A stretch of 64,000 nucleotides of DNA, taken from the NCBI GenBank assembly GCA_051362555.1, contig CM120640.1:24352225-24416224 (forward strand). Reading direction: 5' to 3'. Origin of the DNA: Lingula anatina. Lineage: Eukaryota; Animalia; Brachiopoda. Shown here one piece after another: positions 51,622-64,000 of the stretch. Every line of letters begins with the position of its first letter. Within the stretch, counting starts at the first letter, position 1. Below the pieces are notes generated by a model that was not told the DNA's origin, made no database searches, and was given only the letters and a program-made list of their open reading frames with translations. The position numbers and the translations under genes were made by a program.

Positions 51622-51818
51622 AAAAGCTCCAGCGTAAATATGGTGACCTAAATGGAGTTCTCCACCTGCTGGAGATAGAGCGTGGCAGCAATGGGCTCGG
51701 GCTGAGTCTGGCAGGAAACAAGGATAGAAGCACAATGAGCGTATTTGTTGTGGGCATTGATAAAGATGGGCTAGCCTTCCAAGATGGCAGAATCCGAATT
51801 GGAGATGAACTCCTGGAG
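51622..51818 (+). CDS. MPDZ: Exon, PDZ8 N-part ([45 protein letters not shown]...ELLE)
   Basis: ttttcag / GAG|gtaaag; [13 protein letters not shown] is characteristic of MPDZ PDZ8; phase 1-0. Confidence 0.95.
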
Positions 51819-52172
51819 GTAAAGTGAAACATTTTTACATCTCCGATGCCCACGTCTGTAGCGCAATTTAAGAATACTGTAAGTTGCAATATAAAACAAT
51901 TTACAAAGTAATCCTTTTTGCTACAATAGTCCTGAAATGAGCTTTAATGTGTGCAGCAACATCTGTCAGCAAACAAATACGAGCACAAAGACTAATAGTA
52001 CACTGAATTGATTTTAGAAGCAGCCTCCTGCAATAAGTTGTTCTAGTATGAGCCATTGTCAATGAGATTAAAAAATCTGCCAGCAGTATTGACTAAGCCT
52101 GTCATTTATATCACTCGCATATAGAGTAAGAGCAAATCCCATAGCTAAATTTTTTCGACTCTTTGTATTATA

Positions 52173-52381
52173 CACTCGACCAAAAAATCTTGAAAACATT
52201 GTTATTTTCAATAATTATAAAATAACCATATGAGCTAAGGTAAATATTTTAACCAAATACTGATGGATAATGGACCCACCATTCATTACTTTTTTATATA
52301 CACTGAAGATTTTCCACTAAATTACATAGTTTTTTAATTGTTAAAAAACAATTTCTGGTTTCCGAACTTTTTGGTTGAGTG
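52173..52381. mobile_element. Tc1/mariner-type MITE, 209 bp
   Basis: TA|cactcgaccaaaaaatcttgaaaac ... gtttccgaactttttggttgagtg|TA; TA target duplication. Confidence 0.78.
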
Positions 52382-52579
52382 TAGAATGCAGAAGAACGAG
52401 TTTCACATAACAAGATAAATATTTTTTTAATCTACTGGTATGCAGATATTTCTAAAAGTTGAAGTATGTAGTATATGGCAGTTTGTTTTCAATTGGTAGA
52501 AAATGAAATTTTATTTTGAAGCTCAAAAGGTTTGTCAAGAAATATTTTAGCAACTAGATATAATTTTATCTTTTCTTAG

Positions 52580-52674
52580 GTCAATGGCCAAGTACTGTAT
52601 GGAAGGAGCCATTTGAATGCCTCAGCCATCATAAAGGGCATCACTCATCCCATCATCAAGCTTGTATTATTAAG
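52580..52674 (+). CDS. MPDZ: Exon, PDZ8 end (VNGQVLYGRSHLNASAIIKG...)
   Basis: ttttcttag / AAG|gtatgc; phase 0-2. Confidence 0.94.
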
Positions 52675-55512
52675 GTATGCTCATTTACAGCCAAATGTAC
52701 TTTTTATCTTATCTGGTAATGAATTAGACAGACATCCGTACTGATAGTTGACTCCTTATAGATTTGAACAGATAAACAACTGAGGCAGACTTGAAGTGTC
52801 AGGATTTTTTTTTTTGAGATTCTTTTTAAACTGCTTATGGCTGCTGTGAGACTGCATGGGAGAATATCACCCTAGATTACTGTAGTCTTTCTGCAGCGAG
52901 TACTTGTGATACTTCACCCCCGCCTTCCTATCCCTGGATTTTTTATGTTTCATCAACTACAAAGCACCGAGTGCTGACAGCCATAAAGATAGCTAGTCTC
53001 AAGAGGGAAAGAGAGACCTTCTGTATTATTTGTCCAGTTATAATTTGTTCATAGTGTAATTATGTTGCTAATCTGTGTTATGTTTCAAATAGTCATTTTT
53101 TTTTCAAACCAGTAAGTTGGCAAACCCTTGATGGAATGGTGAATGGCTGCATTTTGTTTTTGGTTTAAAAAAAAAAATAGTAGGTCTAGTTGAATGATGC
53201 CTTAAATGTTTGAAAACCAAGTCATTTTAAAGATACCCTATACTTTTTCCTGGACCAGAAATATTAGGATTTTTTTTATTCTAATGTACACAGTTGGTAA
53301 TATTTACTGGTATAGTACTCACCGGGGTTCTAGCAACAGTTTTTATCAATAATAACATGTCTGTCAGTGCATTGTGAGCAACTTATGTATCTACACATGA
53401 TGACATCTGACGTGAATGTGTTTTTCTGGGTAAATATAAAAGACAAATGATGGTGTTAATCAAGCTTTTTAAAAACAAGACTGTAAGCAACTCCCCATGC
53501 AGCCATAATAAGTGTCAGCCTGCCATATCTCACAGTTTAGAAATGACATATCTGACAGGGAAAAAAAATTTCAGCTTCTTCTGTTATTATTATAATTCCC
53601 AGTACTTTCCACAGGCCGGTGCAGTGGTGTTCATCACTGGTGGTTGCCATCAGTATTGATTAATCAGTACTAGGGAGGCAGCAGTTGTGATTGATGGTGC
53701 TTTTAGCTAGTTAAAAGTGTCTCTGAAAGTACTTAACTATAGCCCGTGGTAGTTTGTTGTGGCATAAACACAGTAATGACAATTGTTGGAATACTTAGAA
53801 GTTGTTAAACACTAAGAACAATAATGCGCTCTGGCCGTTACCAGTAATGGGATCAGTGCCGGAATGTCGGTTTTTTGATTGTTGAGATATTTTCTTTGGC
53901 TTATGATAAGACAAAAGCGTTACAGAGTTTAGCACTTAATTTTTACTGTGTTATTGAATAGCTGAAGCATTAACATTCACATGCCCTAGGAATTTTTTTT
54001 GCCAGATCCTTGATTACAGATTCCCTATGGATGGCATAATATATTGCAATGGCAATTTCATTTTGAAGTATGGAAGTGCTCCATCTGATGAAACCCTTGA
54101 TTGTACTGGGTTGTATTTAATTAGAGGCAAAACCCAGGCATTGAGGAGACAAAGTACTGCTGATGAAATTGTAGTGTGTTCTAAGTTTGACCATAAAATT
54201 GGCAAGATTGAACAAAACTTGGCATTTTATGAATAAGATGATTGTCTTTCCGATAAAACTTAATATTCAAAATGATTTTTAGAATTGTATTTTTTGAAAG
54301 AGGATTTTATTCTCTCTCAAACACGCACGCACATGCCCAAGTGTGCATACACACTTTTTTTACTGCTGTATGCACCAGTATGCCATATCTTATATAATTC
54401 AAAACATCTGTCGGTAAAACAATCCAAGTGTTCCGATAGTATTTAAAATTAGACATTGATCTTCATTTATTTGAATACAGATTATTCCCCTCTGATATGA
54501 ATCCCCGTTCATTGTGTGATTTGAAGTCTTATGTTCCCTCATTTACATTCAGAATCTTTGAGTAATTTCACAGTGAATCTTGGAACAAAATTTGATTACC
54601 ACTGCTCAGCATGTAAAAGTAGGAGTGAAGAGGAAATGTTTCAATCCAGGGAGACTGTGCAGTTTTATAGTTTGAGGTGTAGGTGTTTCTTAATACTACC
54701 TTACTGTCTGAAATGGAGATTTCTGAAAATTCACTCCAATATGTATGCAGTGTAAAAAGCATTGGTGCGTAGTTTTAAACAGTTTCTCTGTAACCAGGGT
54801 CAAATATCACCTGGGATAGTTATCAGCCTCACACTTATTTAAGCAGAGATTATGCTTATTGATTACGTTTTTATTCATTTAGATTGCTGTTTTCTTCCCA
54901 AACCATACCTTAGGCCAACCAGCACCTCCTACAGTGTTCATTTTTGTATCTACTGAATACAGATATTCACTGAAGTGCAATTAATGGTAATCGTTTTTCT
55001 GAAAAGTGAAAAATGACCAGGAAAAGGGGATTTTTATGTAAAAAGGACACTTTACACAAGAATGCACATTATGGCATCCTGCTGCCATGGATTCTTGTGT
55101 TGAAGCATCACCTCAGTGATACAGGCAAGCAGACGCTCCAGTGGACTTGTGACAGGATTGCTTACCATCACTGTGGGGGTTGACAGATTAGCTTGAAATT
55201 AAATCAGAGTATTGAGGCTTCTACTTTTCTCTTATCTGTCCATGATACTAGGCTCTGAAGTTGCATTTTCCTCCTGATGAGACAGAAAATAGATTGGAGG
55301 TTTATTTGATAATATTCAGCTGTTGGCATTGAGTCATCATTGGATTTTGTCGTAATGAGACACGTGAAATGTGTAAAAAGATTAAAGGCAACTAAAAAGA
55401 AAATTTGTGTCTACATGTACTAGGAAAGCTGCTGGAAACATAAAACAAGTTTGAGTGCAGTTACAGATCTAGAGTACCATGACTCATTTGAGTTTTTCAT
55501 TTTGTATTTCAG

Positions 55513-55573
55513 GAGAGAAGACTTCCTAGAACATGTTGCTGTCAAGCCATTAGACAATGCAGTTTCCACAGAG
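55513..55573 (+). CDS. MPDZ: Exon (REDFLEHVAVKPLDNAVSTE)
   Basis: atttcag / GAG|gtgaaa; phase 2-0 bridges the flanking exons. Confidence 0.85.
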
Positions 55574-55771
55574 GTGAAACCCACTTTTCATCCCCTTTTT
55601 ATGTCCATTAAGGAAAGGAAATAACTTGTTGAAGTTTAAAAACACCAGAATAATAGTTGTAAAAGTGTTATGGTCATTGTTGTGATGCCTCCCCCCTCCC
55701 AAGTATAAGTATACCAACAAATTGAATAATTACATGTAATTTGTCCATTTAAATAGTTCTGATTATTGTAG

Positions 55772-55894
55772 GATGTTAGCATCAACTCTACCAGTCCCTC
55801 CTCCCCCTCCTCAAACCGTGAAGACACAATATCATCCAGAACTGAGCAAGACTTCTCCACATTTCCAGATGTCACAACTGTCACAATTGATAAG
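55772..55894 (+). CDS. MPDZ: Exon, linker and PDZ9 start (...FSTFPDVTTVTIDK)
   Basis: ttgtag / AAG|gtaagg; phase 0-0. Confidence 0.87.
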
Positions 55895-56331
55895 GTAAGG
55901 TCACAGCTTTACTGATTTGAAGTCATAGGAATTTTTATGTTACCATCACAGCTGGTATTGAAAAGTGAGGTATTCAACTTTAATCTGGTTCAGAATTGAT
56001 CCTAAGAGAAAATTGTCCCCAATTTCATTATTTGAAAGCAATAACATTTACTTTATCATAGTATAATGAATGGAACAGGCAGAAAATATCAGATGGGGCT
56101 TCCGCACTATAACATTGTAAAAGTACACTTGTACACAATGCCTTTCTGCCAGAAGATTTTGAGATTTTTTTTCTCTCAGTCTTTCAGTTGTGCAACTAAA
56201 GCAGAAATAATGGCACACAAGTTAAAATTCTATTCTAGTTTATTTTTTCTCATATTTTTTCTCAATAGCACATGTTTTAAATGTTTAAATTGTATAGTTA
56301 CAAGAAATGAACCTGGGTTATTTGGTTTAAG

Positions 56332-56505
56332 GGTCCTGCACGCCTTGGTCTTGCTATCATGGAGGGCAGTGTGGAGGGTCAGCCTGGGATATATATCAAG
56401 TCCATCACCCCAGGGAGTCCTGCTGAACATGAAGGACATTTGGCCGTCGGTGACCAAATCTTAGCTGTAGATGACCAGTCTCTGGTGGCTGTGTCTTATG
56501 ACAAA
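56332..56505 (+). CDS. MPDZ: Exon, PDZ9 (GPARLGLAIMEGSVEGQPGIYIKSITPGSPAEHEGHLAVGDQILAVDD...YDK)
   Basis: tttaag (AAG) acceptor / AAA|gtatgt; phase 0-0. Confidence 0.88.
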
Positions 56506-57309
56506 GTATGTACGCTTGGATGGTACAAGAATAATATGTTCTTGATTGTACTTATGCTTATGATAGGCAATTATCAAAACAATTTTAGTCAAATAAGTAA
56601 CGAAATTGGGCAAGATTATGAAATATTTGGATTTTCAAATGAAATAAAATTCCTGTTGGAATTATTATTATTATGAAACAAGATGTTCACAGATAAATGG
56701 TCACAGTTGTGTGTTATCATTTATGGATGAATAGCTGTCTTATTTATTTGAATAGCAGCAATTGCTTTAATGTTGTATGGACAGCTTTCCTAAATTTGGC
56801 TGAGTGACGACAGTAAAGTCTAAAAATATAAAAGCCATAGAAATTCCCAAAGTAGTTATCCATTGCAGATATTGCTCACTTGGGGAAAATGATTGATCAA
56901 TTTAGGTGAAAATTGGCTGGATGTTTGCTTTAATGTTTGCACATTAATATTGCATATATTTCCCAGGCTTTAGACTTAGTGGGAATTAATATTTCCATAG
57001 ATTTATGTGGGTTATTCGTGCATTAAGTCTTGTTTCTATGATACAGTATATAAGCTTAATCAAATTTTATTGTATCAATAAAATGTAGTCAGGTTGCTGG
57101 CTTTACCCTGGGTAAGCACACTAGTTTGTACAGGTATTATTTAAGTCAGTTACTGCATATTCCTGTAATAATATTATTCTTGTTATTTGCATAACATTCA
57201 GTGTTTGATAAGAACAGCAGACTGTGTCAAAAGAAAAGTGGTAAAATGTAAAAAAATATCTTTATACCTTTAAAGAAGAAGAAGAATAAAATCCCTTACA
57301 TATTTTTAG

Positions 57310-57475
57310 GCTATTGAATTTCTGCGCAGTGCCCAAGGTACAGTGAAACTGACAGTGAGTAAACCAGGCGATTCCTCATCCGATACAGCATCTAACATTC
57401 CAGTAGATGAAGACTCGCAGGCTGGACTAGATGTGAGACAAATTAATGTTGAACCCGCCTCTCCCTTGGAAAGAG
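57310..57475 (+). CDS. MPDZ: Exon, PDZ9 end and linker; GC donor
   Basis: tttttag / GAG|gcaagt; the phase 1 end matches the ttccag acceptor of the next exon. Confidence 0.82.
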
Positions 57476-58103
57476 GCAAGTAAATCAGGATGTACAGTGT
57501 ATGAGGAAGACATTTCAAAAAAGTGTTCATGTCCCTGTCATGCACCATAACCTTTATACACTTTCATTTTATCAAACTAATGCACATTTACTTTTTTATC
57601 TTATTTAAGTTTGATATTGTGATAACTTCATTCAAAAATAACCTGTCAGATAAAATCTAAACTAATAAGTGCTAAATCACATTTATCTCCAACTGCAAAA
57701 CAAACACTAGATCACTGGCCTTACAAAGAGGTAAAGAAGACTTGTGTAACCTACAAAATTAAATTATTAAAATGCACTTAATTGCATTATATTTTAGGTA
57801 ATTTTATTTGATGGAATGAAAACAAAGCTGGATCTGTTAGTGGCATTGACCACAACTTTGTCACTCATCCATGCATTGCAGTTTAATAGGATTATAAATA
57901 TCCGCATATTACATGAACTACCATATCAATATGTACTGCCAGTCAGAATGGTAATTTTGTAGATAAGATATCAGCACCAGACTAGAGCAATATGAAAAAG
58001 TTCTGCTAGAAATAAGCATTCTAAATTGACAGCTAGCACAAATAATGCAAGAACTGGACAATATTGACACACGAAATGAGTCGTTTTTATGTTTCACTTC
58101 CAG

Positions 58104-58258
58104 AGCAATCTCAGGATACCACCACCTCGGACACAGGGCCAGAAATGGTGGACCCTCAAACGTGTCCTATCAAGATTGGTCAGGAGACCTGGCTTGAGAT
58201 TGAGAAAGGGAAGTCTGGACTAGGACTCAGCATCGTAGGGGGATCTGATACAATGATT
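58104..58258 (+). CDS. MPDZ: Exon, PDZ10 start ([36 protein letters not shown])
   Basis: cttccag / ATT|gtgagt; phase 1-0. Confidence 0.92.
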
Positions 58259-59304
58259 GTGAGTATATTGAAGTATGGACCAGTTCTTCAAGTTGTCATT
58301 CCAGAAAATGTGGTATTTGTTCTAAGGCAAAGTAAATACTTTTTTCCCAAAATTAAGACTTTATCATTCAAAGGACAACAAAATAATTCATTTTATACAT
58401 GAAGTAATACAGTTTGTCATCTGTGTCAGCTTATTCAGATAGACATTCTAGAAAAAGGAGCAAATGTTTGTCGACAAAGCAATAATTTTTTTTTTCCAAA
58501 ATGATATGTAGGAAAACAATTACATGCATTTTGTACATGAAGTAATGCGGAATACCAGCCTTGTACCATTTGTATTAGTCAAATGGCACTGCAACTAAAT
58601 AATAAACCACACTAAGTGAGGAAATAATGGCAGCCAAGCTGGAGTCAGCAGTTTGCTTTGTTTTTCATTTTTGACTTTGAAGTATGCAATCAATAATACA
58701 TAGGATACAATGGATAGTTTTCTAAGAATAAACTTTTTTATTGCAGAAGCTGTATTCCCAGAAGGCTTTAATTCCGTTAATGTAAAATGTCTATTCAAAT
58801 TTTTCTCAAAAATTCAGATGTTTTCAGTTCAGGCATTAGAATAAATTTTGATTTCAATAATTTTGTTGGTACAGCCTATAAGTGAATTCATCATACTGGG
58901 AACAAAATCAGGTAGTTGTTTTGCTATGCTAACATCATCTTGATCATACACAGAGTATATGTATATAGTTAGAACTGATGGAGGCTGCTTAAACATATCA
59001 CATGAATTAGTGCAAATGGAATTCTTGGAAAATTAAAGCCATTAATTATAGTGATTGTATCCCATTTGTTACATATTTCAGTTGGCCAGTCTCTGATATT
59101 AATTAATCAACAGCCCCACAGAAGTACCATTCTTTGACAGGCCAACATGTTTCATCATTTAAAAAATGAAATTTATTTCCACTTATACAAAATGTTTTAT
59201 GGCAAACAGGGCATAGAGGCATTATTTATCACAATGTAATACACTTGAAAACAAGTCTTAACTACATGCAATAATCTACAAATTGTAATGAACCACCATT
59301 TTAG

Positions 59305-59388
59305 GGTGCCATCATCATCCATGAAGTCTATGAAGATGGAGCTGCAGCTAGAGATGGAAGACTGACTGCAGGAGACCAGATACTAGAG
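59305..59388 (+). CDS. MPDZ: Exon, PDZ10 middle ([28 protein letters not shown])
   Basis: ttttag / GAG|gtagga; phase 0-0. Confidence 0.95.
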
Positions 59389-59602
59389 GTAGGAGCTCTT
59401 CAATGCAGTTGTACAATGTACTAATAATATTATCACACATCAGTGATAAAATTAATCTCTTTGGACATTTTAATGAAACACATTTTTTGCTCTTGTATGA
59501 AGGGCTAAATTAAGTTACTTGTTCCAACTCGACCTTCTATACTCTGAACATCCCAAGTAATGGTCAAAAGATGCCATTCTAGCGTCTCATTGTTTGTTGC
59601 AG

Positions 59603-59827
59603 GTTTGTGGGCAAGATTTACGTGATGCCACTCACGACAATGCTATTCAAGTTTTGAGACAAACACCGCCTGTAGTGACCATGTTGGTGTACAGAGACGA
59701 TGCTCAGCTCAGAGAGGAAGATCTCTATGATATCTTTACAATAGATCTGTTGAAGAAACCAGGCAGAGGACTTGGGATAAGCATAGTTGGGAAAAGGAAT
59801 GATGTTGGAGTGTACATATCAGACATT
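59603..59827 (+). CDS. MPDZ: Exon, PDZ10 end and PDZ11 start (KKPGRGLGISIVGKRNDVGVYISDI)
   Basis: ttgcag / ATT|gtaagc; phase 0-0. Confidence 0.95.
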
Positions 59828-60039
59828 GTAAGCATGAGATCTACACATGCTCCTTATGGTCATTGCAAAAGAAAAAAAAACTTTGTGACATCATTTTGTA
59901 AAATTGGAACTGTGGTTTTCCACACCAGAATTTGAGATATGAAAAATTAATTTGTGTGGACAGTTTAAAAGTGTCACTGAGAACCATGTGCATTTTCATT
60001 CAAAGTGGGTACCTACAGTTTATTTTTTCTGTTAACAAG

Positions 60040-60156
60040 GTTAAAGGTGGAGTTGCTGAGGCAGATGGCCGTCTTATGCAGGGAGACCAGATCCTTTCTG
60101 TAAATGATGATAATATGAGAAATGCAACCCAAGACCATGCAGCAACTGTACTCAAG
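60040..60156 (+). CDS. MPDZ: Exon, PDZ11 ([22 protein letters not shown]...ATVLK)
   Basis: aacaag (AAG) acceptor / AAG|gtaagg; phase 0-0. Confidence 0.93.
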
Positions 60157-60311
60157 GTAAGGGATACATTTACACCTTCATTATTCAGAATTTTTTTCAA
60201 AACTTTTCTTTAAACTGAAGATTAAGCAGGTGACTGGATGTGAGTAACATGCTGAAAATTGGTTAAATGATAAAGACTTGATAATGAGTATGTTTCTGTA
60301 ATTTTTTTCAG

Positions 60312-60483
60312 ACAATTATGGGCAAAGTAACACTCACGATTGGTCGATTAAAAACTGGGTCAAGAGCTGGATCAACAATAGGTTCGCGAGCTTCTTCAAG
60401 ACGCAGCTCTAGTGTAATGGATAAATCACTAAAAAAATCTAATTCATCTGCAAGCAGCAAAGGGAAATCACGGCACTCCAGAA
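60312..60483 (+). CDS. MPDZ: Exon, PDZ11 end and basic Ser-rich linker (TIMGKVTLTIGRLKTG...KSRHSR)
   Basis: ttttcag / GAA|gtaagt; phase 0-1. Confidence 0.92.
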
Positions 60484-62827
60484 GTAAGTGAATTTGAAGA
60501 AAAAAAAGTTTCATGTAGTACAAGCAGCAAAGCAAAATCACAGCACTCAAAAGGTGAAATGAGTTGTCATATAAGTATTTTTCTTATATGCAGCCTTACC
60601 TGTACTGAGGCTGAGCCAGGCTTAGTAGATCTATTTTATTTGTAAAGAATTCACCTTAGCCAACATGTGTGTGATAAAAGGACATTTATTCATGAAAGAC
60701 AGTATTTTTTCCACCTTTCATTTTGTTTTAGTTTTCTTTATTTTCACTAATTTATACAGCCCTTTTTTCTGCTTAAAATGTGTTATCCTACTCTAAATTT
60801 TAATTTCTTATTTACTTATGGATTATTTTGCATTTCAGAAACTGCCAATTCTTCCAGTTACTAACACAATTCAGTCACACTTTGATTAATGTGCTCTAAA
60901 ACACCTTTTCTTAATATTTTTTTTCTTGTTGATGTAGTGCTTTATTTTGACCCATTCAATCTGCCATAGTCTTGCTTTGGTTATACTATGAACTATTTCT
61001 TCATCTTTCAACATTTTGATGCTTTCTTACTAAACTGTGTATGGAAGTTAAAATTACTGGCACTTACTTTTCTATAAACCCTTCAGTTTTGATGTGGTTG
61101 TCTTTTGACATTTGAGAGTATCAGAGGCACACATACATATACCTACCCTGGGGTGTAATGGTAGTCAAAATGGTGCACAGATATATTATCCATATTTTCA
61201 TTTTCTCTGATGAATAGCTGGAAGACCTACGAAGTAATTTTCTGTGAAATTTGCCCTCCCTGAGTAGAGTTTATGGGTTAACTATGAAAGTCTGCATGAT
61301 GTTAAGAGAAAGTGGACCCCAAAACAATATATATACATCAGTACATGATGACTTCTGTGAGGCTCTTGTAAAAGCAATCATACTTTCAAATGAAAAACAA
61401 AAAAAAATTCAAATGAAAAAAAAAAAAAAAAAATCAATGGGTCAAGGTAAATAAACAGATGGCATGCATTTATTCATGCAGACTTTCAAAATGTTATAAT
61501 GCCATCAATACAAGAGTTGTAAGTTTAACCTCCACCTGGTGCCGTGTACCCCATGCCTTTTCTGCTATATTGTGCGTAATATTAACAACTGGCCACAGAG
61601 CAGACGTCAGGAGGTGTGTGGGACAGGATGGTAGGTTGACAATTCTGGATTTGTGAAAAAGAAGGGTTGCAATAATGAGGTAAAATATATAAGGGGTTTC
61701 TCATGCCATACATTGAAATATATGAATATTATTTCTACACATTTTTCTCATTTCTTCCTCCTTGGAAAAAGAAAACTGAATTTAAATGGAAAAAGATTTT
61801 GGTGTTTTCCATAGATATGGGCTTTGAATGTGAAATGACTGACTAATAGCAGTGAGTGTAAAATATCTTGTTGCAGTTTTATAAGACACTTCAAGCATTA
61901 ATACCTTTCCGTTTCTTCATTAAAAGTATATTGCTAAGTAATAAGTATCTAATTATGGATGGGAAAGTGAAGCACCACAGGTGTGGTTAAGAAGTAAATT
62001 CACAGGGAATTATCCTTGATAAAAAATTGATACTTTATACTACGTACACAGGAAATTCAATTATCAGTAGCATTTAGATACTGAATATTTTATGTTAGAT
62101 TATAGCATGAGATACATGACGAAAACCATTTTATAAACTACAAATGCAATTCTATGTCAGATCTTTAAAATTTTAGATCCCAGTGACTTAGAAATATATA
62201 AATCTATACAACCTCCATGTTTGAAAGATAGGCTTTTATATTTTAGAAACCATCCTTAAAATGTGATTTTAAAGGATCATTTCTGAACAACAAGTAGACT
62301 GAAGGCTTGTGACATTTAAGCTTAAAACAAAAGAAAACCAATGTCAATGATTAGATGGTAATTTCAGCCTGTTATTTGAATTCACAAAGGCTCCTATCGA
62401 TTCCTTTATCATGATTGTGTAAACTTTGTTATAGCAGCATACATTTGTAAAGGCTATGCACTCAATATAGACTCATCAAGTTATTGAGCAATTTTATAAA
62501 TGTCAGCAATATATCTAGGCAACAGATTGTCTCACTTATGAACATGTGAAATCAAATTATCAGATATTCTCACTAGTACAGACAGAAGTGTATAAACAGA
62601 AGGTAAAACTTGGTTGAATTAGGCTCTTGTCCCAGCATCGTTCTGTTTAAGAAGTTTATATTGGAAGACAAATGTGTGCAGTCAAGTAGCTTAACATGTC
62701 TAAACATAGACTTGCATGCCAATCTTTAGCAGCATTAAGAAATCAGTCTTTCTGTGTAAAATCTGATTATTTAACATGATAGCTATATAATCCGGATGTC
62801 TGACGGATGACTTATTTTATTTCTCAG

Positions 62828-63006
62828 CACCAAGCCAGAGTAGTCAAACCTTGAGCAACATGCGTACAGTGGAACTTGAAAGAGATGAACAGGGCTCCTT
62901 AGGCATCAGCATTGCAGGAGGCATTGGAAGTCCAATAGGAGACACGCCCGTTTTGATAGCTAATCTTCAACCAAATGGGCCAGCGCAAAAGACAGGAAAA
63001 CTCAAG
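62828..63006 (+). CDS. MPDZ: Exon, PDZ12 N-part ([49 protein letters not shown])
   Basis: ttctcag / AAG|gtattt; GSP.GD.P is characteristic of MPDZ PDZ12; phase 1-0. Confidence 0.94.
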
Positions 63007-63246
63007 GTATTTCCACTTTGATTTAACATGTCATGGTTCTGTACTGTACAGAAAAAGAGAACATTTGAATATTGTCAAATCTCCTTTATCTTCAAAATTT
63101 TTAATCACCATTATATTTTTTCCAACTGTTGAATAGCATCTGTGAGTAATTCATTAAAGCAAAATCATTTTATACCTGATTTTAACAGAAAAAAAAATAG
63201 AATTGCTAGTTTTGTATTAAAGAGTTTTCTGTCCTTTTTACATTAG

Positions 63247-63361
63247 GTTGGTGATCATATCATGAGTATAAATGGTCAACCCACAGAAGGTTTGACTCAT
63301 CATGAAGCAGTCCAGCTTTTGAAACAATTTCAAGGAACTATCTCCTTGGTTGTCACTCAAG
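63247..63361 (+). CDS. MPDZ: Exon, PDZ12 end ([38 protein letters not shown])
   Basis: cattag / AAG|gtgagg; phase 0-1. Confidence 0.94.
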
Positions 63362-64000
63362 GTGAGGGAAAATACATTTAATATTTAACATATAACTAGC
63401 AAGTGTTAAACCTATTTGGACTGAAAGATATTTAATGCAAATTTAAATCTAGAATCAAAATTTTACTTATTACAATCCTTATTTTACTTGAAACCTCAAA
63501 AAAGGGGCTGCTCATGGGATATTTGTTTAAAGCTCCCTATTCCCTTTGCATAAAACCTGTGCTACTGCTCATGTGAAATATGTAATGAATACATTTGTAT
63601 GCAAATTGAAAAGGCAAGGAATGCATGCAACCATACATCTGTAGCAGGTTATTTAAGTCCAGTGTGACAACCACTGGGAGTGCAATTATAATTCTCAGCT
63701 AGACACATCCTGCTCACGTCTAGGCCAGACAGATATGGCCCCATTCTGGCCCACAACAGTTTTCTGTAATTGTTTCATATGGTTTTTATATGAGTGATAT
63801 GATGTCATTGCACATTGACACAAAATGTAAATCAATTGATGTTTATGGTCAAAAGACTAAAATTTATTTTTGAAAATTATATTTTTTCTACATTTATCAT
63901 TTGATGTCAAAAAAATTCACATCTGTGCAATGTTTACTGGGAGGGTATAGAATGCAGTACATGTGGTCTGAAGCTTCTTCAAAATAGTTTTAAACTTGGT

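Larger units (their letters stand above)
6365..63361 (+). other. MPDZ: Multiple PDZ domain protein gene (MPDZ/MUPP1-PATJ family), partial: PDZ1 C-half to PDZ12, 35 core exons
   Basis: 35 exons with AG/GT boundaries (one GC donor) join in phase into a ~2087-codon reading frame. It contains 12 consecutive PDZ domains in MPDZ order, with family landmarks such as DEFGY..RKYG before PDZ8 and DPQTCPI before PDZ10. More than 10 PDZ domains favours MPDZ-type over vertebrate PATJ. Confidence 0.93.

Noticed and set aside
6361-60550. Many minus-strand ORFs overlapping exons (e.g. 6361, 25691, 29787, 34619, 51599, 60308)
   Set aside because: Antisense shadows of the MPDZ exons; no evidence for a nested minus-strand gene

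Overview
Eukaryotic, AT-rich, CpG-depleted genomic DNA from an invertebrate bilaterian, probably a lophotrochozoan (inferred from PDZ4/PDZ7 insert sequences and repeat types). The whole window lies inside one + strand gene, a multiple-PDZ-domain scaffold (MPDZ/MUPP1-PATJ family). I joined 35 exons (6365..63361, 6263 nt, about 2087 codons) with consistent splice phases. They cover the second half of PDZ1 through PDZ12; L27, the start of PDZ1 and PDZ13 lie outside the window. One intron appears to be GC-AG. The most interesting signals are hidden in the introns. (1) Three phase-matched candidate alternative first exons (8459, 20423, 50708) would give truncated scaffolds starting at PDZ2, PDZ4 or PDZ8; two carry apparent membrane-targeting leaders (hydrophobic anchor; polybasic+Cys). 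(2) There are six frame-preserving microexon candidates. (3) A run of phase-0 cassette exons builds the PDZ5-6 linker. (4) A complete 2.46-kb Helentron-type non-autonomous element contains a 93-bp palindrome and 9x146-bp tandem repeats carrying nuclear-receptor DR1 motifs. Several MITEs and microsatellites are also present. All calls come from manual reading; none is confirmed by transcripts or database searches.
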